A DNA stretch of 64,000 nt from Clostridia bacterium (GTDB lineage: Bacteria > Bacillota > Clostridia > TANB77 > CAG-508): assembly GCA_022791835.1 (NCBI GenBank), contig JAAVZW010000064.1:14336-78335 (forward strand), given 5' to 3'. Positions 19,417 through 28,953 of the stretch are shown here, piece after piece. The notes under the pieces were generated by a model. It was not told where the DNA came from. It was given only the letters and a program-made list of their open reading frames with translations, and searched no databases. Within the stretch, counting starts at the first letter, position 1. The number at the start of each line of letters is the position of its first letter. The position numbers and the translations under genes were made by a program.

Positions 19417-21526
19417 GTGGACAATTTTAAGAAAAAGAAAGCACCTAATATAAAATTAAGGTTCAACATATTAACAGGAATAATTTATGGACTAGGAGTA
19501 GTATTATTACTTGGGCTGGCTAATTTGCAAATAGTAAATGGTTCTACATACAGAGAAAACTCAAATACTAGACTTACTAGAGAGAGCACTTTATATGCAG
19601 CAAGGGGAAATATCCTAGACAGAAACGGAACTTACCTTGCAACAAGCGAAATGACTTTCTCGCTAGAATTATATAAAACAAAACTAGAAACAGAAGCTCT
19701 AAACGAAACTATACTAAGAGTAATAAATACATTAGAACAAAATGGAGACACATACACAGACACATTCCCAGTAGCAATAGAACCATTGAGATTTGACTTC
19801 AGTTCAGAAGAAAGAAAAAATACATGGCTAAAAAAATATAATTTTGAACCAGAAGCAACACCAGAAGACGTGTTAAACTATTTTAAAGACAAATATGAAA
19901 TAGAAAAAGAAGATATAAAGGAAATTAGAAAAATAATATCAGTAAGATATAGAATAACATCAGAAGGATATAGTGCAACAAAATCTTTAACAATATCAAA
20001 TAGTATAAGTAGAAAAAGTGCATTAATATTTGATGAACAAAGCGATAAATATCCAGGAATAGATGTAGCAACAAGTTCAAAAAGGCAATATCCAAATGGA
20101 AGCCTATCATCACACATTTTGCGGATATTATAGCTCAATATCAGCAAAACAATACGAAGAAAACAAAGATAAAGGCTATACAATGAATGACCTATATGGA
20201 CAAAATGGAATAGAATACGTATTCGAACAATACTTAAAAGGAAAAAACGGAATAAAACAAATAGATATGTCAGTAGACGGAAGTACAGTCGGAGAATATA
20301 TAGAAAAGGAAGCAATAGCAGGTTCTGATGTAGTATTAACAATAGATGCAAACTTACAAGCAGCAGCAGAAAAAGCCTTAGAAGAAGCAATAGTAAATGG
20401 GGAACCAGATAAAGACACAAAACTAAAGCCAAGTGCTGGAGCAATAGTAGCAATGAATGTGAGAACAGGAGAAGTACTAGCAATGGCAAGCTACCCAGAC
20501 TTTGAGCCAAGCTCATGGAATGGAGGAAGAATAGAAAAATCAGTATGGGACAAATACAATTCAGAAGAAAATGGAAGCCCGCTAGTAAATAGAGCAGTAT
20601 CAAGTGCATTTGCACCAGGTTCAACTTTTAAAATGATAACTGCAATTTCAGCATTACAGACAGGTAATGTAACAACAACAGAAAAAATAAACGACACAGG
20701 AGTATATCCAAGGGGGCATAACCCAGTATGTTGGATATATACATCAAGGCACATAGGACATGGATACTTAAATATAACCCAAGCAATACAAAGATCATGC
20801 AACTATTTCTTTTATGAAATGGGATATAGAATAGGAATAGAAACTCTAAATAGATATGTAAACCTATTTGGATTAGGCAGTAAAACAGGAATAGAGCTTA
20901 CAGGAGAAACAACAGGAAAAATAGCTAGCAGAGAGTCAACGGCCCAAAAAGGAGAAACATGGACAGTAGGTTACACACTATCAGCAGCCATAGGTCAAGG
21001 AGATAACAACTTTAGCCCAATACAAATGGCAAAATATATAAGCATCTTGGTAAATGGTGGTAAACAAATAAATCCTACATTAATTAGAGCAGTAGTAAAT
21101 CCAGACGGAAGTATAGAAGAAAGAAGCAACATAGAAACAAGTGTAAATGAAAGAATAGGAAGAAACATAGAAGCAAAAGAAGATATAGAAATAGACCCTA
21201 AAAACTTAGAAGTAGTACTAGAAGGAATGAGAGGAGTTACATCAGAAAGTGCAGGAACAGCTTATGGAGTATTCAAAAACTTTAGCATAGAAGTAGGTGG
21301 AAAAACAGGTTCGGCACAAACAGAACGTTCAACAAATGCATGGTTCGTAGGATTTGCACCATATGATAATCCAGAAATAGCAATAGCATGTATAATAGAA
21401 GATGGAGGAAGTGGAGCAATAGCATGTTATCCAGCAAGGGATGTAATAGCAAGATACTTTGGCACCCAAGAAGCAACAATCCAAGAAAATCTAACAGCTA
21501 TCCCAAACACAGAAAGACAAAACTAG
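19417..21526 (+). CDS. mrdA: penicillin-binding protein 2 (transpeptidase), interrupted by +1 frameshift at 20122
   Basis: N-terminal dimerisation domain in ORF 19417..20133 and transpeptidase domain (SxxK, SxN, KTG) in ORF 20096..21526. The join is attttg|c|ggatat, restoring the conserved HILGYY. Confidence 0.8.
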
Positions 21527-21681
21527 GAAAACAAAGTCGTACTTCGAAGAACTACCCAATCAATTGTAGGGGCACACATTGTGCGTCCGCACACATAGAA
21601 ATACCTCTTGGCAAAAAACAGTTGCATAAAAAGCAAAATTATGATAAAATAGTGATAATATACGAATGGAAAGGATAAGCT

Positions 21682-21972
21682 ATGATTAATATTAGACCAG
21701 TCTCAGATTTAAGGAATAAATACCCAGAAATAGAAAATTTGGTATTAAAAGAAGATGAAGCAGTATATCTAACTAAAAATGGGTATGGATCAATGGTAGT
21801 TATGAGCTTAGAAAAATATTCTAAATTAATTACAGATATAGAATATGAAGAATATGTGGAGAATGCGTTAGAAGAGTCAGAAAGAGAAGCAAGAGATCCC
21901 AATACAAGAAATTACTCGCATGAAGAGGTGTTTGGACAGCTAAGGAGGAAATTGAATGGAGAAGAAATATAA
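21682..21972 (+). CDS. type II antitoxin, Phd/YefM family
   Basis: YefM-like N-terminus (IRPVSDLRNKYPEI ... AVYLTKNGYGSMVVMSLEKY). It overlaps the downstream toxin gene by 17 nt. Confidence 0.65.
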   Translation: MINIRPVSDLRNKYPEIENLVLKEDEAVYLTKNGYGSMVVMSLEKYSKLITDIEYEEYVENALEESEREARDPNTRNYSHEEVFGQLRRKLNGEEI

Positions 21973-22261
21973 GGTTGAATATTCACCACTATTTTTTAAA
22001 GATTTAGACAAAATTATAGAGTATATAAGAATTAAATTAAATAATAATAGAGCAGCGATAAATTTGCTCAATGAAATAGAAAAGGAAATAGAGTTGAGGT
22101 CATATAATCCAGAAGGGTATGAGAAATATATTAGTAGGCAAAACTTAGTATTTTATCGAATATATGTAAAAAAATATACAATTTTTTATGTTGTTGGAAA
22201 TGAAATAATGGAATTAAGAAGAATTTTATATAGTAAAAGAAACTTGAAAAAATTAATATAA
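21956..22261 (+). CDS. type II toxin, RelE/ParE superfamily
   Basis: About 100 aa and basic, with a conserved YRIIY-like motif (LVFYRIYVKKYTIFYVVG ... ILYSKR). Confidence 0.6.
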   Translation: MEKKYKVEYSPLFFKDLDKIIEYIRIKLNNNRAAINLLNEIEKEIELRSYNPEGYEKYISRQNLVFYRIYVKKYTIFYVVGNEIMELRRILYSKRNLKKLI

Positions 22262-22279
22262 AAGGAAAGGACAAAGAAT

Positions 22280-22774
22280 ATGGAAATAGGAAAACACAGC
22301 ATGGAAACAGAAGAAATAAAAAAAGAAAACACAGAACTAGGCTTACACACAATAAGCCATGGATACGAAAAAGAAATACAAACAACAATAACAAAAGTAG
22401 TAGAAGGCTCATTAAGATCAGGGAAGAAAATAGAATTCGCAGGCACATTAGTAATCCTTGGAGACGTAAACGCAGGAGCAGAAGTAATTGCAGAAGAACA
22501 CATAATAATCCTAGGAACACTTAGGGGGCTAGCGCACGCAGGAGCAAAAGGCAATAGAAAAGCAATAATAGCAGCAGAAGAAATAGATGCTATGCAAATA
22601 AGAATTGCAGATATAGTAAAAGAAATAGAAAAACCAATAGAACAAGAAGACGAAGAAGAGCCAAAAGAAAAAAAGAAAAACAAAAAAGAAGATGAAGAGG
22701 AATTAGAAGAAGATATAGATGACTACATCAAAACAAAAGCTTATGTAAGTAATGGAGAAATTATATTAGAATAA
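22280..22774 (+). CDS. minC: septum site-determining protein MinC (short form)
   Basis: The C-terminal beta-helix domain (LVILGDVNAGAEVIAEEHIIILGTLRGLAHAGAKGN) is conserved. No minD or minE follows. Confidence 0.8.
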   Translation: MEIGKHSMETEEIKKENTELGLHTISHGYEKEIQTTITKVVEGSLRSGKKIEFAGTLVILGDVNAGAEVIAEEHIIILGTLRGLAHAGAKGNRKAIIAAEEIDAMQIRIADIVKEIEKPIEQEDEEEPKEKKKNKKEDEEELEEDIDDYIKTKAYVSNGEIILE

Positions 22775-22840
22775 AGTGTAACAAAAACCTTTTTTCTTGC
22801 ATATATATAAAGTATATATGAAGAAAAGAGGTTTTTATTT

Positions 22841-22990
22841 ATGAACGAATTTGACATGAACAAACTAATGAGTATGCTATCAAAAATGGACAAAAAAGAC
22901 ATAGAAAAAGGAATAGCGCAAGCATCAAAAATCTTAAACTCAAAAGACAAAGATGAAATTCTAAAAAACATACAAAACCAAGGAAAATAA
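22841..22990 (+). CDS. small acidic/basic protein (49 aa), paralogous N-terminus to next gene
   Basis: AAAGAGG RBS. It shares the MNE.DM..L.S..S.M start with the 23021..23368 product. Confidence 0.4.
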   Translation: MNEFDMNKLMSMLSKMDKKDIEKGIAQASKILNSKDKDEILKNIQNQGK

Positions 22991-23020
22991 AAATACATAG
23001 AGAATGGAGATGTTGATTAA

Positions 23021-23368
23021 GTGAATGAAAATGACATGTCAGAACTTTTCAGTAAGTTCAGTAATATGATAAACGAGGGAAACATCCCAGACGAAATGAA
23101 AAACATACTAAGTTCCATGCAAAACGGAAATAAAGAAGAAAAAACAGAAGGGGAAGAAAACGATTCCCCTTCTATCGACTTCGAAACAATAATGAAAATG
23201 AAACAAATAATGGAAAAAATGAAAGGAACAGAAAAAGACCCAAGAGCAACACTTCTATTATCATTAAAACCATATCTAAAAGAAAGCAGAAAAGACAAAG
23301 TAGACCAATATATAAAACTATTTAGCATGGGAAAAGCAATGGAAATATTCGGAAATCTTCGGAGGTGA
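23021..23368 (+). CDS. small hypothetical protein (115 aa)
   Basis: ORF with RBS. An in-frame CGG (ctt|c|ggagg at 23360) is 2 codons from the stop. Confidence 0.45.
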   Translation: MNENDMSELFSKFSNMINEGNIPDEMKNILSSMQNGNKEEKTEGEENDSPSIDFETIMKMKQIMEKMKGTEKDPRATLLLSLKPYLKESRKDKVDQYIKLFSMGKAMEIFGNLRR

Positions 23369-23380
23369 AACAAAAAAATA

Positions 23381-23710
23381 ATGGAATACAGCCCATTTTA
23401 CAGAAAATCCTATTATAATAATTACTATGCACCTAATCGTAGGGGCATACAGCGTCAACCAATACTACCAAAAGAGCCTCCAGCAAATGTAGGGGCGACA
23501 TCCAGTCGTCCAAACTCCGAAGAGTTTACTCAAAGACATATTAAGCCAAGCGAATCAAGCAAAAAAGAAAACAAACCAATCTTCGAAATCTTCGGAATAA
23601 AACTCTACTTTGACGATTTACTAATAATAGCATTATTATTCTTTTTATATGAAGAAGGAGTAGAAGACAATCTCTTATTCATTTCTCTTGTATTACTTTT
23701 ATTATCATAA
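23381..23710 (+). CDS. doubtful ORF: proline/arginine-rich N-terminus, hydrophobic C-terminus; contains two copies of the GTAGGGGC repeat
   Basis: ORF of 109 aa. Two copies of an intergenic-type motif inside it make the coding status uncertain. Confidence 0.3.
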   Translation: MEYSPFYRKSYYNNYYAPNRRGIQRQPILPKEPPANVGATSSRPNSEEFTQRHIKPSESSKKENKPIFEIFGIKLYFDDLLIIALLFFLYEEGVEDNLLFISLVLLLLS

Positions 23711-23992
23711 ATTAATTCTATAAACCTGAATTCCCTTAGGAAAAGCCATTGTTTGTAATAAACATGAAACAAAAACTTAATAAAAACTTAATAAAATAAA
23801 GCTTGAAATGAAAACCAATATCCGTAAAGCTATAATAATTATACTCAAATACTATCAAAATAGCTACTTGCAAAAAAAATAAAAACGTATAAAATAAGAT
23901 AATAATATACTATAATAATATAAAAAACGACAAAACTAGACAATAAACTGCAAAAAACACAAAAATTAACATAAAAAATATTAAAAAAAGCA

Positions 23993-24021
23993 TTGAAAAA
24001 TGCATAAAAATCGTGTATAAT
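23993..24021 (+). promoter_or_regulatory. sigma-A promoter with extended -10 (TTGAAA-17-TGTATAAT) for the adhesin operon
   Basis: Hexamers and spacing. It is preceded by about 250 nt of extremely A-rich DNA, which may act as an UP element. Confidence 0.5.
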
Positions 24022-24060
24022 GTAAAGTAGAGTAAAAAGGAAAAATAGGAGGAACATTCT

Positions 24061-27000
24061 ATGAACAGAAAATTAACAACAAAGGTACTATCAGCAATTC
24101 TAGCATTCATGCTATCATTCGCAAATGTAGCATTACTTTTACCTTATGTAAATACTACATATGCTGCCGAAAATTTAGAACAACAAGATACAGCAGTAAA
24201 AAAAGCAGAAATAGAATTTGATGTGTACTTTAAAGAAAACGGAGCAAAAAAACATACTAAAACATTAAATGTAGAAGAAGAAAAGGACGAGCTTTATCTA
24301 AGTATAAAAGTAGGAGCAGGTTACTTAAGTAATGCAAGAATAAAAATAGAAAATGCAAACTTTAAACTAAAAGCACCTACAAGTAAAACAAACATTATAC
24401 AAAGTATAAACTCTGAAAGCAATGAAATACTTCTTAACCAAATAAGTACAGACGAAACAGTAGTACTAAATGTGCCAATTGAAATAAAAGCTGTTTCTAA
24501 TTTTGCTGTATCTGAATTAAGCAAAACATCAACAGCAAAACTAGTAGGAACATACACAAACAATAAAGGTAAAGAAGTAGAAGTAGAAAAATCAATAGAA
24601 TTAGAAACAACAATAGATGGAACAGCAGAGAGCATTTTAGAAGGAGAAGTTACAAAATATGTTTCTTTCGAACAAAATGGACAAAAAGGAGTAATTCTAC
24701 AAACATTAATAAAATCACAACTAGTAGAAAACAATTTACCAGTAAAACAAACCAAAATAGAAATAGAAGTTCCAAAAATAAATAATATAGAACCAAAAAC
24801 AATAGCATTATCATCAAAAACACTAATGTCAACAAAAGGACAAATAGGAAAAGTATTTGTGAAAGATGAAGATTACAAAATAGAGAATGGAAAAATAATT
24901 CTAACAATAAAAAATGGAGAAGACATTCTTGCATGGGAGAAAAATGCAAGTGATGAAATAATCCTAACATGTGTATATGGAGAAGGAGCAATCGAGAAAC
25001 AAAATATAGTAAACCTAAAAGCAAAATCACAAATAACATATTATGCGAAAGAACAAAAAATAGCAGAAAAAACATTAAACAAAGAAATAGAACTACAAGA
25101 ACAAATAGGAGATATTGTAACAGTAGATACAGAATCATCAGAAAACATACTATATAAAGGATACATGCAAACAGCAAATAGCAAAAATACACAATATATA
25201 AACAAAACAAGTATAAATATAGGATACAAAGAATTAGTAGACAAAATAATGCTACAAGATGAAACAAAATATGTAGACAATAATGGAAATGAATATCCAG
25301 CAAGTATTTTATATACATACACAAAAATAGAAAAAAATAACTTACTAGAAATCCTCGGAGAAGATGGATTTATCAATATTTACAGCAAAGACAAGAAACT
25401 AATATCTACTATTAATAAAGAAAACTTAGAATATAAATACGAAGAAGAAGTATCAGGACTAATCTTCGAAACAAGTAAACCAATAGCAGAAGGAATTTTA
25501 AACCTAGAAAATGGTAGAGAAATAAAACCATTAGAGTATAGCAAATTACAAGAAGAAGCATTTACAATGCTAAAAGAAACAGTAGTTGCAAATGTAATTA
25601 AAGACGAAACAATAAAAACAAGAGTACCAAAAATAACAAATATAGAATTAAAAGCACCAGAAACAAGAGCAAAAATAGAAATAGCAAATCCAAATATATC
25701 AACAGTAATAGAAAACAAAAATGTAGAATTAAGAGTAACACTATGCACTACAGAAGCAAACTCAGCATTATATAAAAACCCAGAAATAGAAATAGTAATG
25801 CCAAACTACATAACAAACCTAAAAATAGCTAGTGCAAAATTAGTATATGAAAACGAACTAAGAAAAGCAAATGCAGAACTATATAAAAATGAAAATGGAA
25901 ATACTGTTATAAAATTAGCCTTTACAGGAGAACAAACAAAATATAACGAAGAAGCAATTACAGAAGGAGCGACAATAGTAATCAAAGCAGACATGACAGT
26001 AAACCCACTAACACCAACAAGAAAAGCAGATGCAGTATTAACAGTTAAAAATGCAAAAACAAACGAAATAGTTACAAAAGCAGCTACAATGAATTTCATA
26101 GCACCAGTAGGAATAGTTACAGTAAACCAAATGGTAGGATACAATGAAGCAGGAGAAAGAGCAACATCAATAAGTGGAAAACAAGAAATTGGAGAAATAG
26201 CAGTCAACGCATCAGCAAAGACAGCTAAAGTAAACATGACAATTATAAACAACTATAACTGCGGATGCGAAAATATAAAAATCCTAGGAAGAACACCATT
26301 CAAAGGAAACAAATCAATAAAAACAAACAAAGACCTAGGAAGCACCTTCACAGCAAAAATGAAAAGCCAAATAACAGCTAGTGGAATAGAAGCAGACAAA
26401 GTAACCGTATATTATAGCACTAATGAAAATGCTAGCAAGGACTTAAGCAATAGTGCAAATGGTTGGACTGTAAGTCCATCAGACCTAGGAGAAGTAAAAT
26501 CATATATGATAGTACTAAATACCCATACAATAAACACAGGAGACATGATAGGCTTCAGCTATGATGTAGAAATTCCAGCAGAACTAAACTATAACGAAGA
26601 AACATACGGAACATTCACAGCATATTTCACAAAAGTAGCAGAAGAAGGAATAGCAAGAGTAGATGCCTATGAAGAAAGTATAGAAGGTACAGCAGTAGGA
26701 ATAACAACAGGAGCAGGACCAAATCTAGCAGTAGAACTTGAAGCAGATATAGAGAACAATGCAGGTGTAATAGAAAGAGATAATATAACATATAAAGTAA
26801 ATGTAAAAAATAATGCAGAATTAACAGCAAAAAATGTAAATGTAAAAGTAGAATTACCAAAAAATGTATTCTATATAAATGGCGAAAAAGTGGATACAGT
26901 AAATAAGACAATCAATATGCAAATAGCAGAAATTCCAGCAGGAGAAACAAAAAGTGTAACATTTGCTTTAAAAGTAGGAGAATACAACAAAGATTCAATA

Positions 27001-28932
27001 TTCAATCAGCAGGACCTAATAAATACAGATATTGAGATGGTAGATTCAAATAAAATAAATATAAAAGCAGTAGCAACAGTAGAAGGATATATATCAGAAT
27101 TTGAATCAAATGAGAGAATAAATAAAATAGTATCAGCAAATGAAAATCCTAGAATAATAATGAATTTTGTAGAATATCTAGGGAATAAAGGAACACCTGG
27201 TGTAGAAATGCTAATTTCAGCAGGAATAAGCAAAAACACAACAGAAGACCTACATAATGTAGTTGTAAAATGCAAAATACCAGAAGGACTAAAACTAACA
27301 AAACTAGACGACGAAACAAATAATTACCAATATGATAGCAAAACAAATACATTAACATGGAATGTAGGAACATTAGGAAATCATGAAGCACTAAGCTTTT
27401 GGGCAGAATTACAAGAAATTCCAGGAGCAAAATATCCAGTAGACATTCCAGTAGTATATACAGCAACATGCAACGAATCATCAGCAGAACAAAGAAGTGA
27501 ACCATACTCTATAAAATTATATAAAGAAGTATATAATATATCACAAACTAGCAACATATCAGGAGAATACATTACAAGTGGAGAAACAGTAATTTACTCA
27601 ATAACAGTAACAAATGAAACAAATGCACAAAGTAATATAACAATAAAAGATATTCTTCCAAACGGACTAAAATTTGAAAAATGTTTCTATACACAAAATG
27701 GACAAACAATAACAAGAACTAAAGCAACAAGTTCAGCCATATTAGAACCAGTAACATTAAAAGGAGGAGAAACATTAACAGTAAACATACAAGCAAAAGC
27801 AAAGGAATATCCACAAAATACACAAATAACAAACAAAGTATTTGTAGTAACAAATAAATATGAAGAAATGGCAGGCAATGAATTAACACACACAATACTT
27901 GGAGTAAAAGACACACCACCAAACCCAGATAAACCAACAAATCCAGATAATCCAGATATAAACAAAGAAAAATATACAATTTCGGGAACAGCATGGACAG
28001 ATACAAATAAAAATGGAATAAAAGAAGATGGAGAAAAGCTATTATCAGAAATAAAAGTATACTTATTAAACAGCAAAAACAATAATATAGTAAAAACAGC
28101 AACAACAAACACAAACGGATTATATACTTTCCTAGATGTACCAAAAGGAAGCTACATAATAGTATTTGAATATGACACAAATAAATATGAAATTGCACCA
28201 AACACTGACATAGTTGCAATGCAGTTAAAATTAAATGGAAAACAAGGCACATATGCAGCAACAAATGTAATGACACTAGAAAACAATACACACAATATAA
28301 ATCTAGGATTAGTAGAAAGCAATAAATTTGACTTGAAACTAGACAAAGTAATAGACCTAGTACAAGTAAGCAACCTAAAAGGAACAAAAACATATAACTT
28401 CAAAAGTACAGACCTAGCGAAAATAGAAATACCAGAAAAGCAAATGAATAATTCAGTAGTTGCAGTAACATACACAATGAAAATAACAAACGAAGGAACA
28501 GTAGCAGGATATGCAAACAAAATAGTAGACTACAAAGCAAAAGACTTAAGTTTCAGCTCAACACTAAATCCAGAATGGTATCAAGACATAAACGGTAACC
28601 TATATAATAGTACACTAAGTAGTAGACTAATAAAACCAGGAGAGACAGTTGAAGTATCCCTAATACTTACAAAAACAATGACTACAGAAAATACAGGACT
28701 ATCAAGCAACTCAGCAGAAATAGCAGAAGCATCAAACGACCAAGGATTAAAAGATATAGATTCAACACCAGGAAATAAAAATACATCAGAAGATGATTAC
28801 AGCACAGCAGATTTAATCGTAACAGTACAAACAGGAGGAATACTATTCTATGGAGGAATAGTACTAGCAGTACTTGGAATATTCGCTCTAGGAGCATATA
28901 TTATAAATAAAAAAGTGCTAATGAGAGTATAG
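24061..28932 (+). CDS. giant cell-surface adhesin-like protein (signal peptide, DUF11/CARDB-like repeats, Cna-B/SdrD-B domain, C-terminal TM anchor)
   Basis: N-terminal signal peptide. DUF11-like repeat (ITYKVNVKNNAELTAKNVNVKVELPKN...). Cna-B domain (YTISGTAWTDTNKNGIKEDGEK ... TNTNGLYTF). PNPDKPTNPDNPD linker. C-terminal VQTGG motif followed by a hydrophobic helix and KK. Confidence 0.75.
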   Translation: MNRKLTTKVLSAILAFMLSFANVALLLPYVNTTYAAENLEQQDTAVKKAEIEFDVYFKENGAKKHTKTLNVEEEKDELYLSIKVGAGYLSNARIKIENANFKLKAPTSKTNIIQSINSESNEILLNQISTDETVVLNVPIEIKAVSNFAVSELSKTSTAKLVGTYTNNKGKEVEVEKSIELETTIDGTAESILEGEVTKYVSFEQNGQKGVILQTLIKSQLVENNLPVKQTKIEIEVPKINNIEPKTIALSSKTLMSTKGQIGKVFVKDEDYKIENGKIILTIKNGEDILAWEKNASDEIILTCVYGEGAIEKQNIVNLKAKSQITYYAKEQKIAEKTLNKEIELQEQIGDIVTVDTESSENILYKGYMQTANSKNTQYINKTSINIGYKELVDKIMLQDETKYVDNNGNEYPASILYTYTKIEKNNLLEILGEDGFINIYSKDKKLISTINKENLEYKYEEEVSGLIFETSKPIAEGILNLENGREIKPLEYSKLQEEAFTMLKETVVANVIKDETIKTRVPKITNIELKAPETRAKIEIANPNISTVIENKNVELRVTLCTTEANSALYKNPEIEIVMPNYITNLKIASAKLVYENELRKANAELYKNENGNTVIKLAFTGEQTKYNEEAITEGATIVIKADMTVNPLTPTRKADAVLTVKNAKTNEIVTKAATMNFIAPVGIVTVNQMVGYNEAGERATSISGKQEIGEIAVNASAKTAKVNMTIINNYNCGCENIKILGRTPFKGNKSIKTNKDLGSTFTAKMKSQITASGIEADKVTVYYSTNENASKDLSNSANGWTVSPSDLGEVKSYMIVLNTHTINTGDMIGFSYDVEIPAELNYNEETYGTFTAYFTKVAEEGIARVDAYEESIEGTAVGITTGAGPNLAVELEADIENNAGVIERDNITYKVNVKNNAELTAKNVNVKVELPKNVFYINGEKVDTVNKTINMQIAEIPAGETKSVTFALKVGEYNKDSIFNQQDLINTDIEMVDSNKINIKAVATVEGYISEFESNERINKIVSANENPRIIMNFVEYLGNKGTPGVEMLISAGISKNTTEDLHNVVVKCKIPEGLKLTKLDDETNNYQYDSKTNTLTWNVGTLGNHEALSFWAELQEIPGAKYPVDIPVVYTATCNESSAEQRSEPYSIKLYKEVYNISQTSNISGEYITSGETVIYSITVTNETNAQSNITIKDILPNGLKFEKCFYTQNGQTITRTKATSSAILEPVTLKGGETLTVNIQAKAKEYPQNTQITNKVFVVTNKYEEMAGNELTHTILGVKDTPPNPDKPTNPDNPDINKEKYTISGTAWTDTNKNGIKEDGEKLLSEIKVYLLNSKNNNIVKTATTNTNGLYTFLDVPKGSYIIVFEYDTNKYEIAPNTDIVAMQLKLNGKQGTYAATNVMTLENNTHNINLGLVESNKFDLKLDKVIDLVQVSNLKGTKTYNFKSTDLAKIEIPEKQMNNSVVAVTYTMKITNEGTVAGYANKIVDYKAKDLSFSSTLNPEWYQDINGNLYNSTLSSRLIKPGETVEVSLILTKTMTTENTGLSSNSAEIAEASNDQGLKDIDSTPGNKNTSEDDYSTADLIVTVQTGGILFYGGIVLAVLGIFALGAYIINKKVLMRV

Positions 28933-28953
28933 AAAGAAAGGAGGACAAAAGAA

